In this document: positions 54,177 through 62,982 of the stretch, in pieces
Layout of the letters: every line of letters begins with the position of its first letter
Numbering within the stretch: position 1 is the first letter of the stretch
Origin: an uncultured Candidatus Saccharibacteria bacterium
GTDB taxonomy: Bacteria > Patescibacteriota > Minisyncoccia > Sungbacterales > HO2-52-23
Direction of reading: 5' to 3'
Assembly: GCA_964585475.1 (NCBI GenBank)
Contig: CAZPDF010000004.1
Coordinates: 23,169-87,168 of the forward strand
Length of the DNA: 64,000 nucleotides
Program-made: the position numbers and the translations under genes
Notes under the pieces: model-generated
Seen by the model: the letters and a program-made list of their open reading frames with translations, nothing else
What the model was told of the DNA's origin: nothing
The model's database searches: none

Positions 54177-57100
54177 CTATTGATCGGAAGTTCTTCTCCA
54201 GAAAAATTCAATGATGCTCGCAAAAAGTCCTCTCGGCGTGGAGGATGTTTGCGACTGGGTACCGGAGGGCATAAATTGCTTGCATGCCAGATCCTGGTAA
54301 TTTTTAGTGCAGTAAGACGTGCATTCTTCAGGAGTTTTGCAACCGCCCGGTCCGCTGAAGTCCGTCTGCGATGAACCAGAGCATTTGCCCTTACTACCAG
54401 CATTAAAGATGGTCTGGACTTCGGACGCGTTTAACGCCCTGTTGTATACGGAGGCCTCATCAATCAAGCCGGAGAAAAATTCAGTGCTACTCCGCCATGA
54501 CCCGAGCGTAAACGGATCATCGCTCGTTGATTGTGTATTTGGAGCCTGCCGAAGGATAGTTCCCCGCGACTCGCCATCCACATATAATTTGACGTTGCCA
54601 GAACCATCTTTCGTGCCAACGGCATGATGCCAAACTCCCGAACTAACAGGCGCGGTAACGATGGTCTGACCTTCAGCTTTGGTAGTTTCTCCAACAGAAA
54701 ATTCCAATGTTCCATTACCTACCCTAAGCCAGTATCCCGATCCGGGGCCGCTTGAAGGATAGTTTGATTTTCGGATGATGTTATTTACGGATGATCCACC
54801 ACCCCAATGAAACCAGGCTTCCAAAGAAAATGGTCCGGTCCCGAAATTTAGATTCGCGGGATTTCCGATATTGACGCTACCCGCATTAAATTTGAGCGCA
54901 TTCCCTACTTTTCCGTCGTCAGCGATAGCGGCCCCACCAGAGAGAGTCCCGCTATTTCCATCAGCACTGTCTGACGCACTTGCGTCCCCCTTCCACCAAC
55001 TGACTAAACCTGAAGGCACCGGGGCGCAACTTTGAGTTGGAGGTGGTGGCGGAGGCGGCAGAATAGAGCACGCTGCAAATTCACAGTTTGGCGCTACACG
55101 ACCAACACTACTTCCGTTAGGACACTGTTTTAGATCTTCGGGGCAAGCAAGGCCGCCTCCGTAAGCAACGCAGGCAGGATCGGTGTAGTGGGTTTGACAA
55201 TAAGCTTTACATTCGGCTTGGCTTAGGCAACCGCCTGGGCCTGGTTCACCGCCAGTGCTTCCTCCTCCGCCGATATAGGAAGCACAAACTGGATCAGTGT
55301 AATGGGCGGTACAATAAGCTATACATTCTTCTTTATTCGTGCAGCCACCAGGGCCATTAAAGCCGCCTCCCCCGCCAGACGGAGGTTGGAAACCTCCAGG
55401 CAATCCACCTGCTCCGCCAGGCGGCTGAAAGCCCTTGCAAGCATCCGGATGTTCCTGACAATATGCTTTACATTCTTCTTGACTCTTGCATCCTCCAGGC
55501 CCGCCCGGGAATCCTCCACTTCCTCCTCCCGGAGGACCAAAACCTTCGCACTCTTCTTGATGGGCGGTGCAATACTCAATGCATTCTTCTGTATTTTTAC
55601 ATCCTCCCGGTCCGCTAAATCCCCCCTCGCCAAAATTACCTCCTCCACCTAACGATTGCTGTAGTTGCTCAAAACATCCTTCCAATGACTCAAAATTCAA
55701 ATCCTCGCCGAATTCCCCACTTTGGAGTTTCCGAAGCCCGTCTTCCCCAACCGCACCTTTAATGCACTCTACTGCTTCGGGTGGCAACTTGCTTAATTTT
55801 TGGCTTAAGTCGGCAGTCATCTGACCAAAGCAGGATTTCATTTTTCCTTCCATACCTCTGTCAAAAATCGGCTTGCCGTTCTTGATTTTCTCGAAATTTT
55901 CTTCGCCAAGAGCATCCTCAAGACATTGGACGACCTCGGGCGGCATTTTATCAAGATTTTCGCGGAACTGCTCCATTCCCTTGCTCATTCGTTCAAGGTC
56001 GGCTTCGCTCATTAGTCCATGTTCCTTGGCAAAATTGAAGCACTCCTCGGAATTTTCTTCACAATACGCCTCGCATTGCGTCTTGCTGTGGCATCCGCCC
56101 GGTCCTTTTCCTCCTACTTTTCTTACCATTTCGGCTTCTTCCGCCGTCATAACCCCGGCTTTTTCAGCAAAGGCAATGCACTCCTCTATATGATTATCTT
56201 CAGAACAGTAATTCTCGCATTGTTCTTTGGAGGTGCAGCCGCCCGGGCTCTCGCCCTGGCGCATCAAAACCATGAACTTCCTTGCCTCATCAATCTCTTC
56301 CTGAGGCATGAAGCCGCTTTTTTCGGCGAAATTCAAACACTCTTCCATGTGACTGGAATCACTGCAATAAATCTCGCAGGTGTTTCTGTCTTTACAACCG
56401 CCCGGGAACTGCGCGCCGGATTTTACCAATCCTTGAAATTTTCTAGCCTCGGCCAATTCGTCGCCGGAATAATAGCCGGTCTCCTCGGCAAAGGCGATGC
56501 ATTGATCAAGATGATCAATCGTATTGCAATAATTTTCGCAGGAAGACCAGGAGTTGCAGCCGCCGGGGCCATTTTTAATGTTCAGGAATTTATCAGCTGC
56601 TTCTTTGGATTCTTGTTCCGAAATCAAATTGTATTTTTTGGCAAACGCGAGACACTCTTTGGCGTGGTCAACATTATCACAATAGGAACGGCATTCGGCC
56701 TCGCTTTGACAATTTCCCAACTCGGGTACGGGGTATTGAATATCTTCTGCCGAAAGCGGTCCCTCTTTCTTCTCTTCTTGCGGAGGTGGAGGAGGCGGCG
56801 GAGGAGGCACTTCTTTTTTCACCGCGACACTTTTAGCTACTCCTTTAACAGGGGGGGAAATCTCAAGCTCGGTGGTATTGTTTTGACAATCAACAACATA
56901 GGCGGGCATCACCGGCGTAAAATCGGAGGGATCACGGAAGGATACGTTGTCGCTCACAAAAGATTTGCTGCAACCGCTCAACAACCCGCCGTAACGGAAT
57001 TGCTCTACCGGAGAAAGCGAAAACTCCTGAACGCCGTCGGGGTCTCTGATGGTTAAGGTAAATGCTTCGGAACCGGGGGGTTTTTTAAAATTTATTGAGG

Positions 57101-57209
57101 AATCATTGACGGCTGCCTCGACGTGGATGGTCGCCAAACTCAACAAAAAGGAAAGTACCAATATACTTGCGGCTAATAATTTCGTGGTTGTAATTGTCTT
57201 GGTATTCAT
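54177..57209 (-). CDS. Large secreted protein with GPGGC-x5-C-x3-C repeats and a LamG/concanavalin-like domain
   Basis: Signal peptide; about 10 Cys repeats; GLVSWWKGD...WHHAVGT...LYVDG...FSGLIDEASVYNRAL. Confidence 0.85.
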   Translation of the reverse strand: MNTKTITTTKLLAASILVLSFLLSLATIHVEAAVNDSSINFKKPPGSEAFTLTIRDPDGVQEFSLSPVEQFRYGGLLSGCSKSFVSDNVSFRDPSDFTPVMPAYVVDCQNNTTELEISPPVKGVAKSVAVKKEVPPPPPPPPPQEEKKEGPLSAEDIQYPVPELGNCQSEAECRSYCDNVDHAKECLAFAKKYNLISEQESKEAADKFLNIKNGPGGCNSWSSCENYCNTIDHLDQCIAFAEETGYYSGDELAEARKFQGLVKSGAQFPGGCKDRNTCEIYCSDSSHMEECLNFAEKSGFMPQEEIDEARKFMVLMRQGESPGGCTSKEQCENYCSEDNHIEECIAFAEKAGVMTAEEAEMVRKVGGKGPGGCHSKTQCEAYCEENSEECFNFAKEHGLMSEADLERMSKGMEQFRENLDKMPPEVVQCLEDALGEENFEKIKNGKPIFDRGMEGKMKSCFGQMTADLSQKLSKLPPEAVECIKGAVGEDGLRKLQSGEFGEDLNFESLEGCFEQLQQSLGGGGNFGEGGFSGPGGCKNTEECIEYCTAHQEECEGFGPPGGGSGGFPGGPGGCKSQEECKAYCQEHPDACKGFQPPGGAGGLPGGFQPPSGGGGGFNGPGGCTNKEECIAYCTAHYTDPVCASYIGGGGSTGGEPGPGGCLSQAECKAYCQTHYTDPACVAYGGGLACPEDLKQCPNGSSVGRVAPNCEFAACSILPPPPPPPTQSCAPVPSGLVSWWKGDASASDSADGNSGTLSGGAAIADDGKVGNALKFNAGSVNIGNPANLNFGTGPFSLEAWFHWGGGSSVNNIIRKSNYPSSGPGSGYWLRVGNGTLEFSVGETTKAEGQTIVTAPVSSGVWHHAVGTKDGSGNVKLYVDGESRGTILRQAPNTQSTSDDPFTLGSWRSSTEFFSGLIDEASVYNRALNASEVQTIFNAGSKGKCSGSSQTDFSGPGGCKTPEECTSYCTKNYQDLACKQFMPSGTQSQTSSTPRGLFASIIEFFWRRTSDQ

Positions 57210-57308
57210 CCCGTTAGAAATTTAGGGCTAATTTTAATACTTATTTCGTCCAGCAAATAATCACTCATCGTACGCTCCATTAAAGACGGTGCCCCATCTC
57301 TAACGGGA
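57209..57308. mobile_element. MITE-like element (100 bp)
   Basis: tcccgttagaaat...atctctaacggga with exact TTCA duplication (57205-08, 57309-12). Confidence 0.75.
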
Positions 57309-57317
57309 TTCACGCCT

Positions 57318-57569
57318 TTATCGTAACGGATTTATGTATTTAAATGGATTGGCCCGATCAAGCGGATTTACTTCCGGAACTTTTTCTCCGAGATTGGTTT
57401 GGATTTCCGGAACCGATTTGCTTAGAGCTTCGGCCGTTCCAACCGCGCTAGCCGGCTCGATAGGTTCCTGGACTTTTTTTTGCGACCAATACCAAAAACC
57501 TCCGGCAATCAGTGCCGCCAGTATAATAGTAACAACAACAAAAATGGGTTTTGATTTTGAATCATTCAT
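57318..57569 (-). CDS. Small single-TM protein
   Basis: N-terminal TM; C-terminal PEVNPLDRANPF..NP. Confidence 0.7.
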   Translation of the reverse strand: MNDSKSKPIFVVVTIILAALIAGGFWYWSQKKVQEPIEPASAVGTAEALSKSVPEIQTNLGEKVPEVNPLDRANPFKYINPLR

Positions 57570-57774
57570 AAACCTAATTGATATTATACCGCAACATATC
57601 GGTCTTGATAAACAGGCTTATACACAGATATTCGTTCTGGCGAGTCCATAATAATGCTCCTGATTTTCCAGATGTATTCAAGGATTAACTTAAGACTTAA
57701 GAAATTTTAACTATACTTGATTTTTCTCTTTCCCGATATAGAATGCACTTGAGTCCTAACTTTAGGAGGCCTCG

Positions 57775-58452
57775 ATGTCGCTGGCGGATGATCTTTGCAA
57801 AATAGGAAAATCGCTTGCCGAAAGAAATTTCGTCCACTATCTCCTCGGCACCATCAGCGCCAGATCCTCCGAAAATCCTCACACCTATCTCGTAAAGCCG
57901 GCCGAATGCCTTTACGAACTGGCGAATCCTAGCGACTTCGCTCTGGTAAATGAGGACGGAGACCCGGTTGACGGCACCGACCGCCGGCCCTCGTTAAATT
58001 TCCTAGTCCACCTTGCCTGTTACCGGGCCAGGCCGGATATCGGCGGGGTCGTACACGCTCATCCGGAAAAGACAACCGCTTTAATCTCTCAGGATCACCC
58101 TGCTTTTAACGGCATACCCAGTAGGATCCCGCTTCTTACGCAGGAAGGCGTATGGATGGTCAAAAATTGGCATATTCCTATTGTGGAAGACCTCGACCCG
58201 AAAGAACTTGCCGAAGCGGTTTCCGAAAAAATTCTTGAGGCCAATGTCGTGGCCATACGAAACCACGGCATCATAGCCGTCGGAAAAAGCATATGGGAAG
58301 CATACGGCGCCGCGCTGGTTGCAGAAAGCGAGGCGGTGATGCTCGGTTCGATTATCAGCATGGGCGGAAAGCCGCTCATCCGAAACCCGGAAACCGGAGA
58401 AACTGATCTTTGCAAAATGCCGTCGCGGACGTTTTCCAAAAAATTCACATAA
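57775..58452 (+). CDS. Class II aldolase/adducin family protein
   Basis: GTISAR, HLACYRARPDIGGVVHAHP, IRNHGIIAVG; SD AGGAGG. Confidence 0.9.
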   Translation: MSLADDLCKIGKSLAERNFVHYLLGTISARSSENPHTYLVKPAECLYELANPSDFALVNEDGDPVDGTDRRPSLNFLVHLACYRARPDIGGVVHAHPEKTTALISQDHPAFNGIPSRIPLLTQEGVWMVKNWHIPIVEDLDPKELAEAVSEKILEANVVAIRNHGIIAVGKSIWEAYGAALVAESEAVMLGSIISMGGKPLIRNPETGETDLCKMPSRTFSKKFT

Positions 58453-58490
58453 TATCCCCGCCTTTCACGGCGGGTTTTAAATATCCCTTC

Positions 58491-59264
58491 CTAGGAAAAT
58501 TTTGCTTTGGGATCTATCCCACGGATAGGTCCTCCGAGTTTCCGAACTGCTTTTTTCACTCTTATCATACAGCCCTCCAAATCCGAGACAATATCCTTTT
58601 CTGACAAACGAATAACCCTCCAACCGCACCGCCGAAGAACAGCGTTTTTTATTTTATCTTTCTGCCTCTTACGCAAACCGGAATGGGCCTTTTTATTATC
58701 ACACTCAATAGCTATCAATCCTTGCCGGCAAAATACGGCAAAATCTATACAATATCGTTTCTGGCCGCATGCGACGTGGTATTGGGCGCGCACTCCGATG
58801 CCGGTGAGCTTCAAACCATCCTCTATCATCTGCTCGGTCGGAACGACGTTATAAAGCTGTAAAATATTTCTGGATTTCAACAAACGATTTAGGGTGGTAA
58901 AACCGAAGGAAATGCGGCGCGGTATTATATTTCTGACGGGCCGAGGCAGTTTCTTGACCCTACCGACACGAAGCCGGAAATAGTAATCGCGGGCCCTCGG
59001 ATGATTTAACTCATCCGGTAGCAACTCGCTCCTTTTAATAGTTTGCTGATTTAAAACACGGGCATAATATAGAATACGCCTTCCCCGACGGCCGAACCTG
59101 GCGGGCTGATAGAAAGCAAGGTAATGGAATGGCCGCGCCGGCGCATGCGCCAAGGGAATTCTATACCACTTTTTGGTTAAAAGGATGCCAAGATCGCGCT
59201 TGTTTTTGAGCACGCCGACTAAAACGATTTTATCTATTTTATCTTTAGCATAATTCTTGACCAT
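58491..59264 (-). CDS. DUF559 (Vsr-like PD-(D/E)xK) endonuclease with an N-terminal PUA/EVE-like domain
   Basis: YCIDFA, AIECD..AH, D...LRRCGWRVIR; N-terminal WYRIP...YLAFYQ. Confidence 0.75.
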   Translation of the reverse strand: MVKNYAKDKIDKIVLVGVLKNKRDLGILLTKKWYRIPLAHAPARPFHYLAFYQPARFGRRGRRILYYARVLNQQTIKRSELLPDELNHPRARDYYFRLRVGRVKKLPRPVRNIIPRRISFGFTTLNRLLKSRNILQLYNVVPTEQMIEDGLKLTGIGVRAQYHVACGQKRYCIDFAVFCRQGLIAIECDNKKAHSGLRKRQKDKIKNAVLRRCGWRVIRLSEKDIVSDLEGCMIRVKKAVRKLGGPIRGIDPKAKFS

Positions 59265-59312
59265 ATTTTGGGCCTACGGCTAGCCCCGGAAAAGTCCATG
59301 GCTAAATTTTTA

Positions 59313-59426
59313 TCCCGTTAGAGGCAGATCGCGATCACGATAGCGCAATCTTTGTGTATTACTCCATAAATTCGACCTTGTATATTTTATTTATCCTGCA
59401 AGAAGCGATCGCGGCCTCTAACGGGA
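59313..59426. mobile_element. MITE-like element (114 bp)
   Basis: tcccgttagaggc...gcctctaacggga with exact TTTA duplication. Confidence 0.75.
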
Positions 59427-59607
59427 TTTATCCGGTGTGAGCGAACATAAGTTTTTTAAACTATTCTCCAATTCGCGCGAATTGGCCAAAAAAATATAAC
59501 TTTGAAATAGTGTTTATAAACTACCCTGCTACCCTGACGCATCAGGCGTTATGACGCATCACCCGTCTCGGTCGGGTGCTCAAAGAGTCTGGCCCCCTTG
59601 GTATCGA

Positions 59608-61419
59608 TTACCCTTTCCGACGGGCCCTTGAGCGCTCAACTTCGGTAAGATACTGCTTTCGCAAACGAACGCTTTGCGGAGTAATCTCAAGGTATTCATC
59701 CTCGGATATAATTTCAAGTCCGCGCTCGATCGTAAGCACAAATGGCGGAGTAAGATTGATCGCTTCGTCCGAACCGGAAGCACGCATATTCGTAAGCTGT
59801 TTACCTTTCGTCGGATTAACCCTCATTTCTTCTCCTTTTGACGTGTTACCGATCACCATTCCTTCATAAACTTCAATTTGCGAGCCTATGTAGAGCGTGC
59901 CGCGCTCCTGAAGCCCCCATAACGCATATCCCATGGCAACACCCTTTGCCATCGAGATCATTGAACCGACAGCGCGTTTATGAATTTCTCCGGCATACGG
60001 CTTAAAGCCGAGAACACGTGAGGCAAAAATACCCTCGCCTTTGGTATCAATCACAAATTGATTGCGATATCCAAGAATGCCTCTCGTCGGCCCCTCAAAA
60101 GACATCCGTACGGCCTCGCCTTTGTGAGAAATATTGTTTAAAACAAAGCCGCGGGACCCAATCCGCTTAATTATAACACCCTGGTATTCGCCGGGTATAT
60201 CAATAATTACCTCTTCAAACGGTTCGAGTTTCTTGCCATTTTCTTCACGAATTATGACTTGGGGTTGCGAAACTTGAAGCTCAAAACCGGCCCGCCGCAT
60301 ATTTTCAAGAAGGATTGCAATATGAAGCTCCCCTCTGCCCAACACCCGGAAGCTTTCCGAAGAACTAAAATCAATGCGAAGACCCACGTTTACTTCAAGT
60401 TCACGTTCAAGGTATTCCCGGAGTTGCCGAGAAGTCACGTACTTTCCTTCCCGCCCGGCAAATGGAGAATTATTCACCAAAAAATTCAGCGCAATAGTCG
60501 GCTCATCAACCGCGATTGCGGGCAAGGGTTTGGCATCCCGGTCAGTCGTAACCGTCTCACCAATATCAATATCGGGAAGTCCTGCCACAAGAATTATGTC
60601 GCCGGCACCCGCTTCAGCGGATTCTATTTTTTCGAGCCCCTTGAAAGTAAAAATCTTTGTAATTTTTCCGGAGCGAGTTTCACCATTCTGTTTTTTTACG
60701 AATACATCGGCCCCCGTCTTGGCGATACCTTCATATATTCTTCCAACCGCAAGCCGTCCCAAAAAATTATCATACCCCAAGTTAAACGGCTGGAGCTTTA
60801 AGGGTTTCTGGGCCAGCTCTTCAGATGACGCAGAAGGAATATGCGCGAGAATGGTATCGAGAAGCGGAGACAAATCATGTGATTCATCGGTGAGCTTTAA
60901 AGTCGCAATTCCTGCCCGGCCGTTAGCATAGACCACCGGAAAATCCGCTTGCTCATCATCGGCCCCGAGTTCGAGGAATAGTGCAAGCACTTCTTCTTCG
61001 CATCGTGCGGGGTCAGCGGCGGGCTTGTCTATTTTATTTATTATCACGATCGGCCTCAGCCCAAGTTCAAGAGATTTTTTTAAAACAAACCGGGTCTGGG
61101 GCATCGGGCCTTCTTGGGCGTCCACGACCAGAAGCACCGAGTCTATTGAACGAAGCACTCGCTCAACCTCGGATCCAAAATCGGCATGTCCCGGGGTATC
61201 GACAATATTAATCTTCGTCGAGACTCGCCCCGAGTTTATCGGGGGATAAAAAATCGCCGCATTTTTTGAATAAATAGTAATCCCGCGCTCAAGTTCCAGC
61301 GCGTTTGAATCCATTGAAACACCCTCTTTGGCAACACCGGTTTGCCGTAGCATCGCGTCAGTCAAAGTGGTTTTCCCATGATCCACATGGGCAATGATTG
61401 CAATGTTTCTTATTTCCAT
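59608..61419 (-). CDS. typA: Translational GTPase TypA/BipA
   Basis: AHVDHGKTT, ERGITI, DTPGHADF, GRGELH, KQLTNMRASGSD. Confidence 0.97.
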   Translation of the reverse strand: MEIRNIAIIAHVDHGKTTLTDAMLRQTGVAKEGVSMDSNALELERGITIYSKNAAIFYPPINSGRVSTKINIVDTPGHADFGSEVERVLRSIDSVLLVVDAQEGPMPQTRFVLKKSLELGLRPIVIINKIDKPAADPARCEEEVLALFLELGADDEQADFPVVYANGRAGIATLKLTDESHDLSPLLDTILAHIPSASSEELAQKPLKLQPFNLGYDNFLGRLAVGRIYEGIAKTGADVFVKKQNGETRSGKITKIFTFKGLEKIESAEAGAGDIILVAGLPDIDIGETVTTDRDAKPLPAIAVDEPTIALNFLVNNSPFAGREGKYVTSRQLREYLERELEVNVGLRIDFSSSESFRVLGRGELHIAILLENMRRAGFELQVSQPQVIIREENGKKLEPFEEVIIDIPGEYQGVIIKRIGSRGFVLNNISHKGEAVRMSFEGPTRGILGYRNQFVIDTKGEGIFASRVLGFKPYAGEIHKRAVGSMISMAKGVAMGYALWGLQERGTLYIGSQIEVYEGMVIGNTSKGEEMRVNPTKGKQLTNMRASGSDEAINLTPPFVLTIERGLEIISEDEYLEITPQSVRLRKQYLTEVERSRARRKG

Positions 61420-61518
61420 CCCGTTAGAAGTATACTCTTACTTACATCCCATAATAGAAGAATAAACCGATTTATTACCAAACCCATTAGAAAACTTCTA
61501 CTTAAACTTCTAACGGGG
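61419..61518. mobile_element. MITE-like element (100 bp) filling the obgE-typA gap
   Basis: tcccgttagaagt...acttctaacgggg flanked by tcca/ttca; second left-end-like motif inside near 61483. Confidence 0.7.
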
Positions 61519-61519
61519 T

Positions 61520-62488
61520 TCATGCGTATTTTTCTTTTATTAATTTGTTTAGAATTTTCTTTATTTTTACTATGCTGTCAAAATCATGGATTGAGAATAC
61601 ACCGGCTGGCACTTTCTTTTTTTTAAGTGCAGAGAGTTTCTTTTTCAGTTCAGCCGGCGGAACCATGTCGCTTTTTCCCAAAAATACATATTCCTTTTTT
61701 TTGAGAAGAGCTTTGTTATACATTCCGAGCTCTTGTCTGATGGTTTTATAATCTTTATGCGGATCCGGGGATTCGGCGGAAATAATATGAAAGAGAACTT
61801 TTGTCCGCTCAATATGGCGCAAAAACTTTATGCCGAGCCCCTTCCCGCCGGAAGCTCCTTCTACCAGGCCAGGAATATCAGCAAGGACAAGCTCGTAATA
61901 CACCCCTAAATTCGGCTCAAGCGTTGTGAATAAATAATTCGCCACTTTGCTTTTGGCGCGCGTCAATTCATTAAGAAGGCTCGATTTCCCAACATTAGGC
62001 AGACCTATCAGGCCGACATCGGCTATCAGCTTTAATTCAAGACGAAAAGTAAAGCTCTCACCCTGAGCTCCATATCTAAATTGTTTCGGCCTGGTATTCG
62101 TGGAGGAACGGAAATGAAAATTTCCCTTGCCTCCTCTTCCGCCCTTGGCCGCAAAAATGCGCTCGCCGATTGATACAATTTCCGTATCAACGCCGGTAGT
62201 AAGATTATGAATGATGGTTCCGACGGGCACAAGCAATATAAGGTCTTCCGCATCAGATCCGTCGCAAAATTGCCCCCGGCCGTCCTGGCCGTTTTTTGCG
62301 GGAAATTCTTTTTTGAAACGGTATGTTCGTAAAATGCCAAGGTCCGAAGAACTCTCAAAATAAACGCTTCCGCCGCTTCCCCCGGATCCTCCCGCCGGAC
62401 CGAATTGATTGAGATTCTTATTAAACGAAGTAGCACCTCTTCCTCCGTTTCCCGCCAACACCCTGATTGTAATGTCGTCTACAAACAT
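61520..62488 (-). CDS. obgE: GTPase Obg/CgtA
   Basis: MFVD...AGNGG, ADVGLIGLPNVGKS, FTTLEPNLG, DIPGL, FLRHIER. Confidence 0.96.
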   Translation of the reverse strand: MFVDDITIRVLAGNGGRGATSFNKNLNQFGPAGGSGGSGGSVYFESSSDLGILRTYRFKKEFPAKNGQDGRGQFCDGSDAEDLILLVPVGTIIHNLTTGVDTEIVSIGERIFAAKGGRGGKGNFHFRSSTNTRPKQFRYGAQGESFTFRLELKLIADVGLIGLPNVGKSSLLNELTRAKSKVANYLFTTLEPNLGVYYELVLADIPGLVEGASGGKGLGIKFLRHIERTKVLFHIISAESPDPHKDYKTIRQELGMYNKALLKKKEYVFLGKSDMVPPAELKKKLSALKKKKVPAGVFSIHDFDSIVKIKKILNKLIKEKYA

Positions 62489-62571
62489 ATGATTAAATTA
62501 AAAAAAGCGGCTTACGCCAAAGCCCCTGCTTAAACTAACGATAACGCATGATACCCAATAGAGGAGAGTAG

Positions 62572-62805
62572 TTATGCGGCAGTACGATTGGTAGAAAACC
62601 AATCAATGAGCCTCTTTCGATGCTGAGCGATTGACCAGGTATCGCCATGCTTGAAAAGCCCCGGGTAGAGACTTTGAAACTTTTGCAACATGGCAACGGA
62701 GGCACATGGAAAACCCTTCGGGATACTATTGTTATAAAACCCCATAAACGTCAAGATGGGTACCCGTATCAAGCTTTGTTCGTATTCTTCGTTCTTTCTT
62801 TTCAT
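62572..62805 (-). CDS. Hypothetical protein
   Basis: 77 aa; TATGAT 7 nt before the ATG. Confidence 0.6.
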   Translation of the reverse strand: MKRKNEEYEQSLIRVPILTFMGFYNNSIPKGFPCASVAMLQKFQSLYPGLFKHGDTWSIAQHRKRLIDWFSTNRTAA

Positions 62806-62982
62806 TGCTTACCATCATACAGTAAACCATTCAAAAAATCAATTATAAAAACCGTCCCGTTTTAAGCGGAGCGGCTTTTGAGGAAGAAATGGCTCCCAAC
62901 CCATTTCACTTTTTCTCAACAGCAGTTGTGCATTTGGTTACAAGAAAATATGTTTTAGTTATTGATACGCCTTGGTTAGAAA

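Noticed and set aside
56019-57056. Long antisense ORFs (e.g. 56019-57056, 32286-33152, 43384-44208, 60259-60931)
   Set aside because: They are shadows of well-supported genes on the opposite strand, with no motifs.
57209-61518. GTTAGA/TCTAAC ends as integron attC sites
   Set aside because: The order is reversed relative to attC (RYYYAAC...GTTRRRY), there is no integrase, and 4-bp target duplications favour a transposon-type element.
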